Source of the DNA: an uncultured virus (IMG/VR IMGVR_UViG_3300034073_005193) | Lineage: Duplodnaviria > Heunggongvirae > Uroviricota > Caudoviricetes | Direction: 5' to 3' (one strand) | Virus record (IMG/VR): IMGVR_UViG_3300034073_005193 | Coordinates: 1 to 64,000 of that record | DNA length: 64,000 nt | Shown here: in pieces, positions 33,813-42,491 of the stretch | Layout: every line of letters begins with the position of its first letter | How positions within the stretch are numbered: the first letter of the stretch is position 1 | Notes under the pieces: model-generated | What the model saw: only the letters and a program-made list of their open reading frames with translations | Database searches by the model: none | What the model was told of the DNA's origin: nothing | Translations under genes and position numbers: made by a program

Positions 33813-34697
33813 ATGAAAATGCCATACACAATTACAAACAATTCTGTTACACTCGTTCGCAACGGTATGCCAGTTACTGTTTTGCGAGAGCATCCTTCTT
33901 TTGATTTTATTCTTGAAGCCATTAAAGCAGATGATTGGAATCAGGTAATTGATGCACTTGATCGCAAAACAACTGTAAAAGTTATTACAGAAGGAGAAAT
34001 GGAAGAGAGGAATGGAAGCCTTTTTGTAAAGCTTGATAATGATTCTTGGTGGCAAGTTCCTGTCGACCTTGGCAAACACATTCTTGATTTTTATTATAAG
34101 AAGCTTCCGTATCAGCCCTGGGTAGCTTTTGCCAAAAAGCTTCAACAAAATCCATCATATCGATCAGTTCAAGAACTTTTTCGATTCTTGAATGCAAATC
34201 AATTTACGCTTTCTGATAATGGCAACTTTATTGCCTATAAAAGGGTAAAAGAAGACTTTAAAGACATCCATTCTGGAACATTTGATAATTCTGTTGGTAC
34301 TACAGTTTCAATGTCCAGAAACGAGGTTGATGAAGACTCTGATAGAACTTGCTCTAATGGATTGCATGTAGCTGCGTTTGATTATGCTTGCAACCATTTT
34401 GGAAGCAGCAATAACACTACGGATAAGCTTCTTTATGTGGAAGTAAATCCCAAAGATGTAGTTGCAGTTCCCAAAGATTATAATAACCAGAAAATGAGGG
34501 TATGCGAATACACGGTGCTTGGAGTTTGTGATTATGAATTCAAGGCTCCACTATATTCTCACTCTGATGGTTTTTATGATCCGTCGGAAAGGTATAATGA
34601 GGAATATGAAGATTGGGGATCATATCACAGTGAATGCGAAGAATGTGATGGATGCGATGAGTGCGATGATTGTGATGATTGTGACTGTCAGTATTGA
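33813..34697 (+). CDS. rIIB-like protein with acidic Cys-rich tail
   Basis: NPSYRSVQELFRFL, GNFIAYKRV, CSNGLHV, VNPKDVVAVP.DYNNQKMRVCEY; AAGGAG RBS. Confidence 0.88.
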   Translation: MKMPYTITNNSVTLVRNGMPVTVLREHPSFDFILEAIKADDWNQVIDALDRKTTVKVITEGEMEERNGSLFVKLDNDSWWQVPVDLGKHILDFYYKKLPYQPWVAFAKKLQQNPSYRSVQELFRFLNANQFTLSDNGNFIAYKRVKEDFKDIHSGTFDNSVGTTVSMSRNEVDEDSDRTCSNGLHVAAFDYACNHFGSSNNTTDKLLYVEVNPKDVVAVPKDYNNQKMRVCEYTVLGVCDYEFKAPLYSHSDGFYDPSERYNEEYEDWGSYHSECEECDGCDECDDCDDCDCQY

Positions 34698-34719
34698 TCG
34701 AGGGTTTTAAGGTCTAACT

Positions 34720-35166
34720 ATGAAAAAAATTTCAGCCTCTTTAGCTGTGGCATTTATTGGAATGATGGGATTGTTGCCATCTGTGGAGTCTAAGGAGATT
34801 CCATGTCCCGAATGGAGACCGACTGGAGAATTGAAGAAAATTCCGTTCTATTATGATTGCTCTATGACAAATGGCGATATTGGAGTAGCTAGGAGTGATG
34901 GAATTTATTGGTGTAAAGAGGTTGAGGATAGGGTGGAAAGAAAATTTCCAGGAGCTTCTCACTTTTATTTTGTACATGAGTATGGTCATTACGTAAAAGG
35001 ATCGGACGAGGGCGAGACAGATTGCTGGGCTGCCCAACAGTTAGCAGGAACTTGTTATATTAATATCGCCGTTAATCATCTCATGACTTACGCAGACGAG
35101 TATAAGCCCAGGCACGGATATATGCGTGACCGTGCCATTCGCATCAGAAAATGCGCAGGACAATAG
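34720..35166 (+). CDS. Secreted protein with zincin HExxH motif
   Basis: Signal peptide; HEYGH followed by E..DC.A. Confidence 0.65.
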   Translation: MKKISASLAVAFIGMMGLLPSVESKEIPCPEWRPTGELKKIPFYYDCSMTNGDIGVARSDGIYWCKEVEDRVERKFPGASHFYFVHEYGHYVKGSDEGETDCWAAQQLAGTCYINIAVNHLMTYADEYKPRHGYMRDRAIRIRKCAGQ

Positions 35167-35173
35167 GAAATTT

Positions 35174-35545
35174 ATGTTTAAATGTTTGAACAGATCTGTT
35201 GTAAAAAAAATATCAAAATGGTCAAAGCCATGTGAAGCAGTTTTTGAATTTCTTTCCTTGGAAGATCCAAAATCTCTTGCAAAGATTATCCAAGAAGAAC
35301 CTTTGGAAGCATCAGATCTAACTTTTGCAGCTGAGCATATGGGCAATTGTGAAGATACTGCTCTTGTAAAGAAAACATTGATTCCGCTCTTGAATCATAA
35401 TGAAGCTGTAGTAAGAGAAGGAGCGATCTATGGGCTAGCAAATCATTTAGATTCGGTTGTAAAATATAAATTATTTAAGATTTCTAAGATTGACAAATCT
35501 ACGGCTGTCAGAGAAGCTGCATCTAATATTGTTTTTAGAAAATAA
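35174..35545 (+). CDS. HEAT-repeat protein
   Basis: LIPLLNHNEAVVREGAIYGL; D.S.AVREAA. Confidence 0.7.
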   Translation: MFKCLNRSVVKKISKWSKPCEAVFEFLSLEDPKSLAKIIQEEPLEASDLTFAAEHMGNCEDTALVKKTLIPLLNHNEAVVREGAIYGLANHLDSVVKYKLFKISKIDKSTAVREAASNIVFRK

Positions 35546-35638
35546 AACAGGTAATAATTAGATATATATTTTACAAAGAAAATTATTTATCCGTTAAAAA
35601 TTTTTAAATATTCGGGTAAATATAATATTAAAACGATA

Positions 35639-35685
35639 TATCACTTGCAAAAAGTAATGTTTTGTGTTACTTTCTGCAAGTGATA
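35639..35685. repeat. 19-bp-arm inverted repeat upstream of tRNA-Thr with promoter-like hexamers on both strands
   Basis: TATCACTTGCAAAAAGTAA / TTACTTTCTGCAAGTGATA, 18/19 complementary. Confidence 0.85.
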
Positions 35686-35696
35686 CATCACTATTT

Positions 35697-35769
35697 GTCG
35701 TTTTAGCTCAGCTAGCAGAGCACCTCATTGGTAATGAGGAGGTCATGGGTGCAACTCCCATAAACGGCT
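35697..35769 (+). tRNA. tRNA-Thr (GGU), atypical D and T loops, no encoded CCA
   Basis: Acceptor GTCGTTT/AAACGGC, D stem GCTC/GAGC, anticodon arm CCTCA-TT GGT AA-TGAGG, T arm ATGGG-TGCAACT-CCCAT. Confidence 0.88.
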
Positions 35770-36521
35770 CAAAGTTCTAGTTCTTCTTCTAGTTTCATTA
35801 AAACTAGCCTAGACATTCCAAGATTGCTTTTTTCTTTGTCTAGAACGACATAGATAAATAGATTATCTTGTTTTAATACGAAGGTAACTATGTGATAGTT
35901 GTTATTTAAGTTAATAACAATATCTTCAATTTTATCTTTAATGTTTAAGTTAGTTAAGAACTTCTTGTGAGATTTAACTACTTCAACCATGTAAGCGCAA
36001 TATAATTCAAATTCAGAGGATTTATCTGAGTTTTGAATTATAGGCATTCCAGTTGTTATGTCTACAATGGAAGCGGCTAGTACGCCATCAAGCTCCATAA
36101 TGGTGTTAAATTTTTCTTTTATGCTTTTAAAATAAGAAGAGCTTGGTTTTCTTGATGTAGAGCCTGATGAAGATTGTTCAGCTTCTGGCTCTAAGGCATA
36201 ATTTTTAATTTTTCCCTCATCTAACAAGACGTAATATTCTAGAATAAGTTCGGTCCATAATTTGTTAATTGACTCTACTTCTGGTAAAACATTGGGAGAA
36301 ACTTTAAAAGTTCCATCCTCCCAAGTTAACATTTCATAAAAAGCATCAATTCCAAAATTATTGGTAGTGGTAGCGTGAAGAACTCTTCCAGTAGAAACCC
36401 AAACTTCACCAGAAAATTTCTTATGAGTTATAGTTATATGAGCAGATGCTTGACTTAGTATGTAGAATTGAATTATATCTACCAGTGTCTCGGTAGAAAT
36501 CTCGCCTTGAAATTTATTCAT
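35769..36521 (-). CDS. DUF4388 (PATAN-like) domain fused to a roadblock/LC7 domain
   Basis: FQGEI...LVDIIQ...G.V.HA...GIDAFYEMLTWEDGTF; C-terminal LDGVLAASIVDITTGM...IEDIVI...NLGMSRL. Confidence 0.8.
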   Translation of the reverse strand: MNKFQGEISTETLVDIIQFYILSQASAHITITHKKFSGEVWVSTGRVLHATTTNNFGIDAFYEMLTWEDGTFKVSPNVLPEVESINKLWTELILEYYVLLDEGKIKNYALEPEAEQSSSGSTSRKPSSSYFKSIKEKFNTIMELDGVLAASIVDITTGMPIIQNSDKSSEFELYCAYMVEVVKSHKKFLTNLNIKDKIEDIVINLNNNYHIVTFVLKQDNLFIYVVLDKEKSNLGMSRLVLMKLEEELEL

Positions 36522-36960
36522 TTTAGCCTTGTTAAGAGTGATTTCCGCAACTTACTCTTACTATAATATGTAATTTTATTCGGAGAAATTTATGAACAAT
36601 AATTATCAAATCGTTAAAAATGAAGTAGTTAATGCATACTCTGATTGCAATGAAATCAGTAATTCTTCAAGAAACTTAGATTTTTTAGCCTCTAGACCTG
36701 TTTCGGTAAAAGAAGCTGAGGAAATTATGTCTCTTGCCGTTGAAGGGGGGTATAATAATTTTTCATCAGAGCTAATTTCCTTGCTCCCTCAAGATGCTAA
36801 AGTTTGGATTGCAAGAGAAGGGAGCGTCTGTGTTTACTTAGATAAACCATTAGATGAAGAAGCTTTAAGCGAATTAGGATGCGATGAATACGATCAGGTA
36901 TCATCGGACAATGATACCGCTTGTGGAAATTACCGAATCTGGTGGGATTGAGGAGCAAAT

Positions 36961-37674
36961 ATGACTTTTCCTGTAGACCTATCATCTAGAAATAAATATA
37001 TTCTAGATTCAATAAAGATTAAACAATATGACGCTGAATGGATTCCGCTCAGAACTTCCAATGGCAAACACGATGCTACGTTTTATGTTAGCGGTGACGC
37101 TATTAAAGTAAAGGGTGTTCGTGTTAATGTATCTGCAGCAATGCAGCAGCAAATCGCTGATATGTTAGATTGTATGTTGCTAACTCCCAAGTTAGCAGAT
37201 TTGAGGTTTGCTCAGGCAGATATTCAATTAGAACCATTGCCTAGGCAAATTACTAGCAGCACTCAAGCAATGGTAGAGCAATCAGAAAAGATAGATAATC
37301 TTTTGAAAGGCAAAGATACCAAGGGAAAGATTATTGATTCCGTTGGAAAACATTGGTGCATAGGTAATAAGCTAAAAAATTCTATCAAGTCTATGAATTA
37401 CGGTTGGCATTTTAAATCAAAAACAGGATCCTTTAAGGGAATTAAAGGTTATCTTTCAGATTCTAAAATTACAGAAACTTATGTTATTCAACCCTCTGCG
37501 CTAGCCCATGATAAAAATCATACTGATTATTCTCAGGTTTGCGTCTTAGTTAAACAAGATTGTTTGGTTAATTGTAATAAAATGAGTCTAAAAGATGTTT
37601 TGTCAGATCCGGAGTATGCAGATTTAGCTTCACATGAGGGTGTTGTATCTGTTTTGCGTCAGCCTGGAACTTAA
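36961..37674 (+). CDS. Hypothetical protein (H.DYSQ motif)
   Basis: 237-aa ORF with GAGGAG RBS; GKHW, NYGWH, HTDYSQ resemble conserved catalytic motifs. Confidence 0.5.
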   Translation: MTFPVDLSSRNKYILDSIKIKQYDAEWIPLRTSNGKHDATFYVSGDAIKVKGVRVNVSAAMQQQIADMLDCMLLTPKLADLRFAQADIQLEPLPRQITSSTQAMVEQSEKIDNLLKGKDTKGKIIDSVGKHWCIGNKLKNSIKSMNYGWHFKSKTGSFKGIKGYLSDSKITETYVIQPSALAHDKNHTDYSQVCVLVKQDCLVNCNKMSLKDVLSDPEYADLASHEGVVSVLRQPGT

Positions 37675-38192
37675 ATATGACAGAAGATAAAAAGAAAGAA
37701 TTTTTGTCACAAGTAAAATCGAAGGCATTGTTAGCAGTTTGGAGTTTACCAAACAAGCCTACAAAACCAGAGCCACCATCACCATTTCAAGAATTTCACT
37801 GTTCATTAGATGAATTAATAAATAAATTCATTGAAGAAAATGATTTTGCAGAGATTAAAAATGGAAAATTCCTCCATGCAGAAGAATTCTTCTTATGGTT
37901 AAGCAAGCTAGCAGCTTCTGATAAGTTAGTCTTAAGATGTTTTAATGATCCAGGTCAAAATCAAGTAGAGGATTGCGACCTTTACATGAATATGGATTCA
38001 TCTCAATTTGCTTTTCAGCAGACAGAATATGAAAAAAATCTTTTAAAATACGAAAAAGATTTATCTGAATACGATGAAAAGTGCTTAACAATTATTGATG
38101 AAAATATTAATAATTTGCAAAAACATATTAATTCTATGCTTGAGGCTAAAGAAGCTTTATTAAAAAAATAAAGAATAATTTCACATGATTAT

Positions 38193-38675
38193 GTGATGCT
38201 TAAATTCTCTAAAATAAGCCTTGATAAAGGTGAAAGTTCTCACTATTCGTCCAAAGTGGCAAATATCTTGCTCTATTGCGAAGATGACGAGACTGTTTTT
38301 TTAATCAAAAGGTCTGATAATGTTAGTCATCCTGGTCGATGGTGTGCTCCGGGCGGGCATGTAGAAAATGATGAGTCTTTTGCAGAGGCTGCTATTCGCG
38401 AATCTAATGAAGAAGTAGGTGGGCTTCCAAAGATACAAAAGAAGTTAGATCAAAATATCATCATTGATGATAATAAGAAAATTGTTACTTATGTTTGCTT
38501 GGTACCTTTAAAATATAAAGAAAAATGGACACCAGTTCTAAACGATGAATCTGAAGAGTGCAAATGGTTTCATGTTAATGAAATTCCAGAGAAGGCATTT
38601 GATACTATTAAAAATATAATTTCCGACTTGCCTTCTTTGCTTAGGAAAGCAAAATACGCATCTTATCTTAAATAA
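38193..38675 (+). CDS. NUDIX hydrolase
   Basis: PGGHVENDESFAEAAIRESNEEVG Nudix box. Confidence 0.93.
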   Translation: MMLKFSKISLDKGESSHYSSKVANILLYCEDDETVFLIKRSDNVSHPGRWCAPGGHVENDESFAEAAIRESNEEVGGLPKIQKKLDQNIIIDDNKKIVTYVCLVPLKYKEKWTPVLNDESEECKWFHVNEIPEKAFDTIKNIISDLPSLLRKAKYASYLK

Positions 38676-39211
38676 GATAGAACGCTTCTGATTAATCTTA
38701 CTCTTTCTTGCATAGATTCGCTGTTAATTTGAATGTAGTTCAAATTAAATAACTCAAACATGAATTTAATATTGGCATCAATGGCTACCATTTGGTCCCA
38801 GTTAACAGATTCTCTGACTCCATCGTTTTTCATTGTGGCTTTGCTGGGCTTGACTAAGAAGATGACTACATCTTTATCTTTTAAGGATTTAATGTAATTT
38901 TGGCACTTCTCATCATTGATTAATTTATGGAGTTGAGTGCCATGCTGAGCCATGTAAGCTAAATTATCGAAGCTTCTATCTGAAACAAATGATAAATGTT
39001 TTGATTCTTCATTAATTTGGCGATAGAAAACTTCTGTTTGATATTGGTCAATGGCTTCTAAATTGACTCTTAAGGTTTCTAAGGATATTTCTTTCTCAGC
39101 TAAAACAGTTCTAGCTACTTCACTGAGGAATGGAAGATTATATTCTTTAGAAGTAAGCCTAGCTAAGGTAGATTTTCCTGAAGCGTGGCAACCGGTGAAA
39201 TAAATTCTCAT
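38663..39211 (-). CDS. P-loop nucleotide kinase (AAA_28/NadR-like)
   Basis: GCHASGKST, EVAR, VSDRS..D..AY, DGVR. Confidence 0.8.
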   Translation of the reverse strand: MRIYFTGCHASGKSTLARLTSKEYNLPFLSEVARTVLAEKEISLETLRVNLEAIDQYQTEVFYRQINEESKHLSFVSDRSFDNLAYMAQHGTQLHKLINDEKCQNYIKSLKDKDVVIFLVKPSKATMKNDGVRESVNWDQMVAIDANIKFMFELFNLNYIQINSESMQERVRLIRSVLSYLR

Positions 39212-39259
39212 GTTTCTCCTAATATTTTTTCATATTAATTGAACTAGTCTGGCTTAACT

Positions 39260-40009
39260 ATGAAAAAATTAATTATCTTTGATTTGGACGGCACACTTGC
39301 CGAATCTAAATCTCCTATAACTAAATCTATGAGCATTGCTCTAAAGAAATTACTGCAAAATTATTCAGTTGCAATAATTTCAGGTGGAGCATTTCTTCAA
39401 TTTGAAAAGCAATTTTTAAATAATTTATCTGTACCCGAAGATTTATTATATAATTTATACTTGTTTCCCACTTGCGCCACATCATTCTTTAAATTTAAAG
39501 ACAAACAATGGCAAAAAGTTTATTCTGAAGAGCTTTCAATTGAAGAAAAAGAAAAAATACTACAATCTTTTAAATTTACTTTTGAAAAAGTAGGTTTTGA
39601 AATTCCTAAAAAATTACTTTATGGAAACATTATTGAAGATCGAGGAACTCAAATTACTTTTTCTGCTCTAGGGCAAGATGCCCCTGTAGATCTTAAAAAG
39701 ACTTGGGATCCATCGCATTTAAAAAGATTAAAGATGATTGAAATATTACAAGAGTATTTGCCTGATTTTGAAATTAGATCGGGCGGCTCAACTTCTATTG
39801 ATATTACTAAAAAAGGAATCGATAAAGCTTATGGAATTGCTAAAATTCAAGAATATTTAAAATTTTCTATTGACGAGATGCTCTTTATAGGTGATGCTAT
39901 ATTTCCAGGCGGCAATGATTATGCTGTAGTTTCAACGGGGGTGGAGTGCATTTCAACTCCAAGCCCAGAAGAAACGCAATTCATAATTTTAGAGCTATTA
40001 AAGAATTGA
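39260..40009 (+). CDS. HAD-IIB family phosphomannomutase-like enzyme
   Basis: FDLDGTL, ISGG, EDRGTQITFSALG, GGSTSID..GIDK, GD.IFPGGND. Confidence 0.88.
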   Translation: MKKLIIFDLDGTLAESKSPITKSMSIALKKLLQNYSVAIISGGAFLQFEKQFLNNLSVPEDLLYNLYLFPTCATSFFKFKDKQWQKVYSEELSIEEKEKILQSFKFTFEKVGFEIPKKLLYGNIIEDRGTQITFSALGQDAPVDLKKTWDPSHLKRLKMIEILQEYLPDFEIRSGGSTSIDITKKGIDKAYGIAKIQEYLKFSIDEMLFIGDAIFPGGNDYAVVSTGVECISTPSPEETQFIILELLKN

Positions 40010-40034
40010 CGCCAGCTCTCATCGGGGCTATGCT
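40006..40034 (+). promoter_or_regulatory. sigma70-type promoter within an imperfect inverted repeat
   Basis: TTGACG-17nt-TATGCT; TTGAC..AGCTC / GGGCT..GTCAA (to 40039). Confidence 0.6.
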
Positions 40035-40065
40035 GTCAACTAATGTTCCTACTAACAGGGGATTT

Positions 40066-41520
40066 ATGATTAAAACTTGGTCAAAATATCAATCAGATAT
40101 TTTTAATTTTATTAAAAATAATTCAGACAATTTAATTGTTGAAGCTTTGGCAGGCAGTGGAAAAACTTCTACAGCTGTTGAAGCATTAAAATATGTTTCT
40201 CCAGGCGAGAAAAGTATTTTCGTAGCATTTAATAAGAAGATTGCTGACGAATTACGAACTAGGGTTCCTGATTATGTCTCTACAGGAACGCTTCATTCTG
40301 TCGGATTAAAACATATTTCTAAGACTTATAAATCTGCTGTCGTGGCAGATAAGATGACTTTAATTTACAAGAAAGTCCTAGGAGAAGATAAAGAAAAAAA
40401 CGAATTAATTTATCTTTTAACCAAAGCCGTTTCACTTTGTAAGTCATCTTTGGTTGATAAATATGAAGATATTGATGATTTGTTAGATCGTTTTGACATT
40501 GAACCTCCACACGACGTTGAACGTGCAACTTTTATTAATCATATTATTTTCGGGTTAGATGCCTGTTTAAGGAAAACATCGTCTATTGATTTTGATGATA
40601 TGATTTATTTTCCAGTAAAATTGAATATTCCAATTGATCAATATGATAATGTCTTTGTAGATGAGGCGCAGGACTTAAATCCTGCGCAAATTGAATTCGT
40701 GCTTAAATTAGTTAAGCAACCAATTCCATCAAAAAGAAAATCTAAGAAAAATGATGGCAGTAAAGGTCGTTGCGTTGTCTTTATGGACCGCAACCAAGCA
40801 ATTTATGCCTGGAGAGGAGCTGATTCAAATTCCTATGACAAGTTCAAGGAAAGACTCAGTGCGAAGGCGCTCCCGCTGTCGATCACATACCGATGCCCCC
40901 ACAGCGTAGTAAGAGAGGCACAGAAGCTTGTACCCCATTTAGAAGCTGCTCCAGGAGCATCAGAAGGCTCCGTAGACTGGCAAGAGTATGACAAGCTAAT
41001 TTCTAACGCTCCAATCGGCTCTTATATTATTTCTAGGACTAATGCTCCTTTGATTAGGACTGCTTTAAAGTTGATTAGGCAGAAAACTCCTTGCGCAATT
41101 CTAGGCAGGGACATTGGTGATAACATTAATAATTTAATTAAGGCTTCAAAAGCTAAAAAAGTAGATAAGCTACACGCTTATATTGAGAAATGGAAAAATA
41201 AAGAGATGTCGAGACTGCTAAGTGTAGGCAAAGATATTAATCATATTTTAGATAAGTATGAATGTCTGGAGGCTTTGATGGAGGGTTGCGACACAGTAGA
41301 TCAAGTTAAACAAAATATCGCCTCTCTCTTTATAACCAAAGACCCTAATCGCATTGTTACTCTGGGATCTACCCATCAAATGAAGGGTTTGGAATCAAAA
41401 GAAGTGTATATGTTCATTAATACATATAATGAATCTTCTCAGGAAGAAAAAAATCTTAAATATGTAGCAATTACTAGATCAAAAAACAATTTACATTACG
41501 TTAAATATCCTAAAAAATGA
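40066..41520 (+). CDS. UvrD/Rep-like SF1 helicase
   Basis: ALAGSGKT, TLHS, VDEAQD, QAIYAWRGA, YRCP, THQMKGLE, YVAITR. Confidence 0.93.
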   Translation: MIKTWSKYQSDIFNFIKNNSDNLIVEALAGSGKTSTAVEALKYVSPGEKSIFVAFNKKIADELRTRVPDYVSTGTLHSVGLKHISKTYKSAVVADKMTLIYKKVLGEDKEKNELIYLLTKAVSLCKSSLVDKYEDIDDLLDRFDIEPPHDVERATFINHIIFGLDACLRKTSSIDFDDMIYFPVKLNIPIDQYDNVFVDEAQDLNPAQIEFVLKLVKQPIPSKRKSKKNDGSKGRCVVFMDRNQAIYAWRGADSNSYDKFKERLSAKALPLSITYRCPHSVVREAQKLVPHLEAAPGASEGSVDWQEYDKLISNAPIGSYIISRTNAPLIRTALKLIRQKTPCAILGRDIGDNINNLIKASKAKKVDKLHAYIEKWKNKEMSRLLSVGKDINHILDKYECLEALMEGCDTVDQVKQNIASLFITKDPNRIVTLGSTHQMKGLESKEVYMFINTYNESSQEEKNLKYVAITRSKNNLHYVKYPKK

Positions 41521-42491
41521 ATAAAAAAATACTTATATTGGGCAATGGATTTATAGCTTCTGAGTTTTCTAGGAGCTATTCTCCTTATTTATATAATTTC
41601 GATCCTGATTCCTTGGTGAAGGCAAGTGATTCTTCTCCTCCTGAATATATTGGAGCCCTGATACAGGTTCCTTTATTATCATCAACGGATGATAAAGTGG
41701 CTCAGTACTTTGATAAAATTCCAGTAAACCACGATTCTATCATGGAGATTGTTAGCAGATATCAGCCCAATGTAATTATTAATTGTATTGGTAAAACTGG
41801 AAAGCCAAATGTAGACTGGTGTGAAACTCATCAAGATGAAACAGTTGAAGCTAATTTAATATTTCCTACATTATTAGCTCAGATTTGTAATAAGCAGTCT
41901 ATTCATTTAGTTCACATTGGTAGCGGCTGTATAAATTACGGAGCATCGCCTCGCAGCATTGGATGCATGTATGAGCCTGGATGGAGGGAGACGGATTTTT
42001 CAAATCCTAAATCTTTTTATTCAAAAGTTAAATATGCGGCTGATTTGGCTTTATCAGGTTATGATAATGTCACCATTTTCAGAATTAGAATGCCAATTTC
42101 ACCAATGCCCAACCCTAGAAACTTGATTACTAAGTTATTGGGCTATAAGAAAATCATTCAAGAGCCTAACTCAATGACTTTTACAGTAGACGTTTTAAGA
42201 GCTTGCAAATGGGCAATTGACAATAATAAATTTGGTATTTATAATTTGGCTCACAAGAATCCTTTGACGGCTTATAATATTGTAAAAGAATATTGTAAAT
42301 ATAATCCTTCCCATCAATTTGAGTCTTTGAGTTTGTCAGGGCTAAGTTCTTTGACTACGGCTACAAGATCTAATTGCATCTTAGACCTGTCTAAGATTGA
42401 AAATGACGGATTTATATTTTCAGATCTAACCTTGGAATCTTGTATACGTCAATATTTTAACAATGAAAACATTCAAAGAGGTAATTCATGA
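41517..42491 (+). CDS. RmlD-like NDP-4-keto-6-deoxyhexose (epimerase-)reductase
   Basis: LGNGFIA Rossmann, GKTGKPNVDWCETH, GSGCI, SFYSKVK, RIRMPI, RSNCILD. Confidence 0.85.
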   Translation: MNKKILILGNGFIASEFSRSYSPYLYNFDPDSLVKASDSSPPEYIGALIQVPLLSSTDDKVAQYFDKIPVNHDSIMEIVSRYQPNVIINCIGKTGKPNVDWCETHQDETVEANLIFPTLLAQICNKQSIHLVHIGSGCINYGASPRSIGCMYEPGWRETDFSNPKSFYSKVKYAADLALSGYDNVTIFRIRMPISPMPNPRNLITKLLGYKKIIQEPNSMTFTVDVLRACKWAIDNNKFGIYNLAHKNPLTAYNIVKEYCKYNPSHQFESLSLSGLSSLTTATRSNCILDLSKIENDGFIFSDLTLESCIRQYFNNENIQRGNS

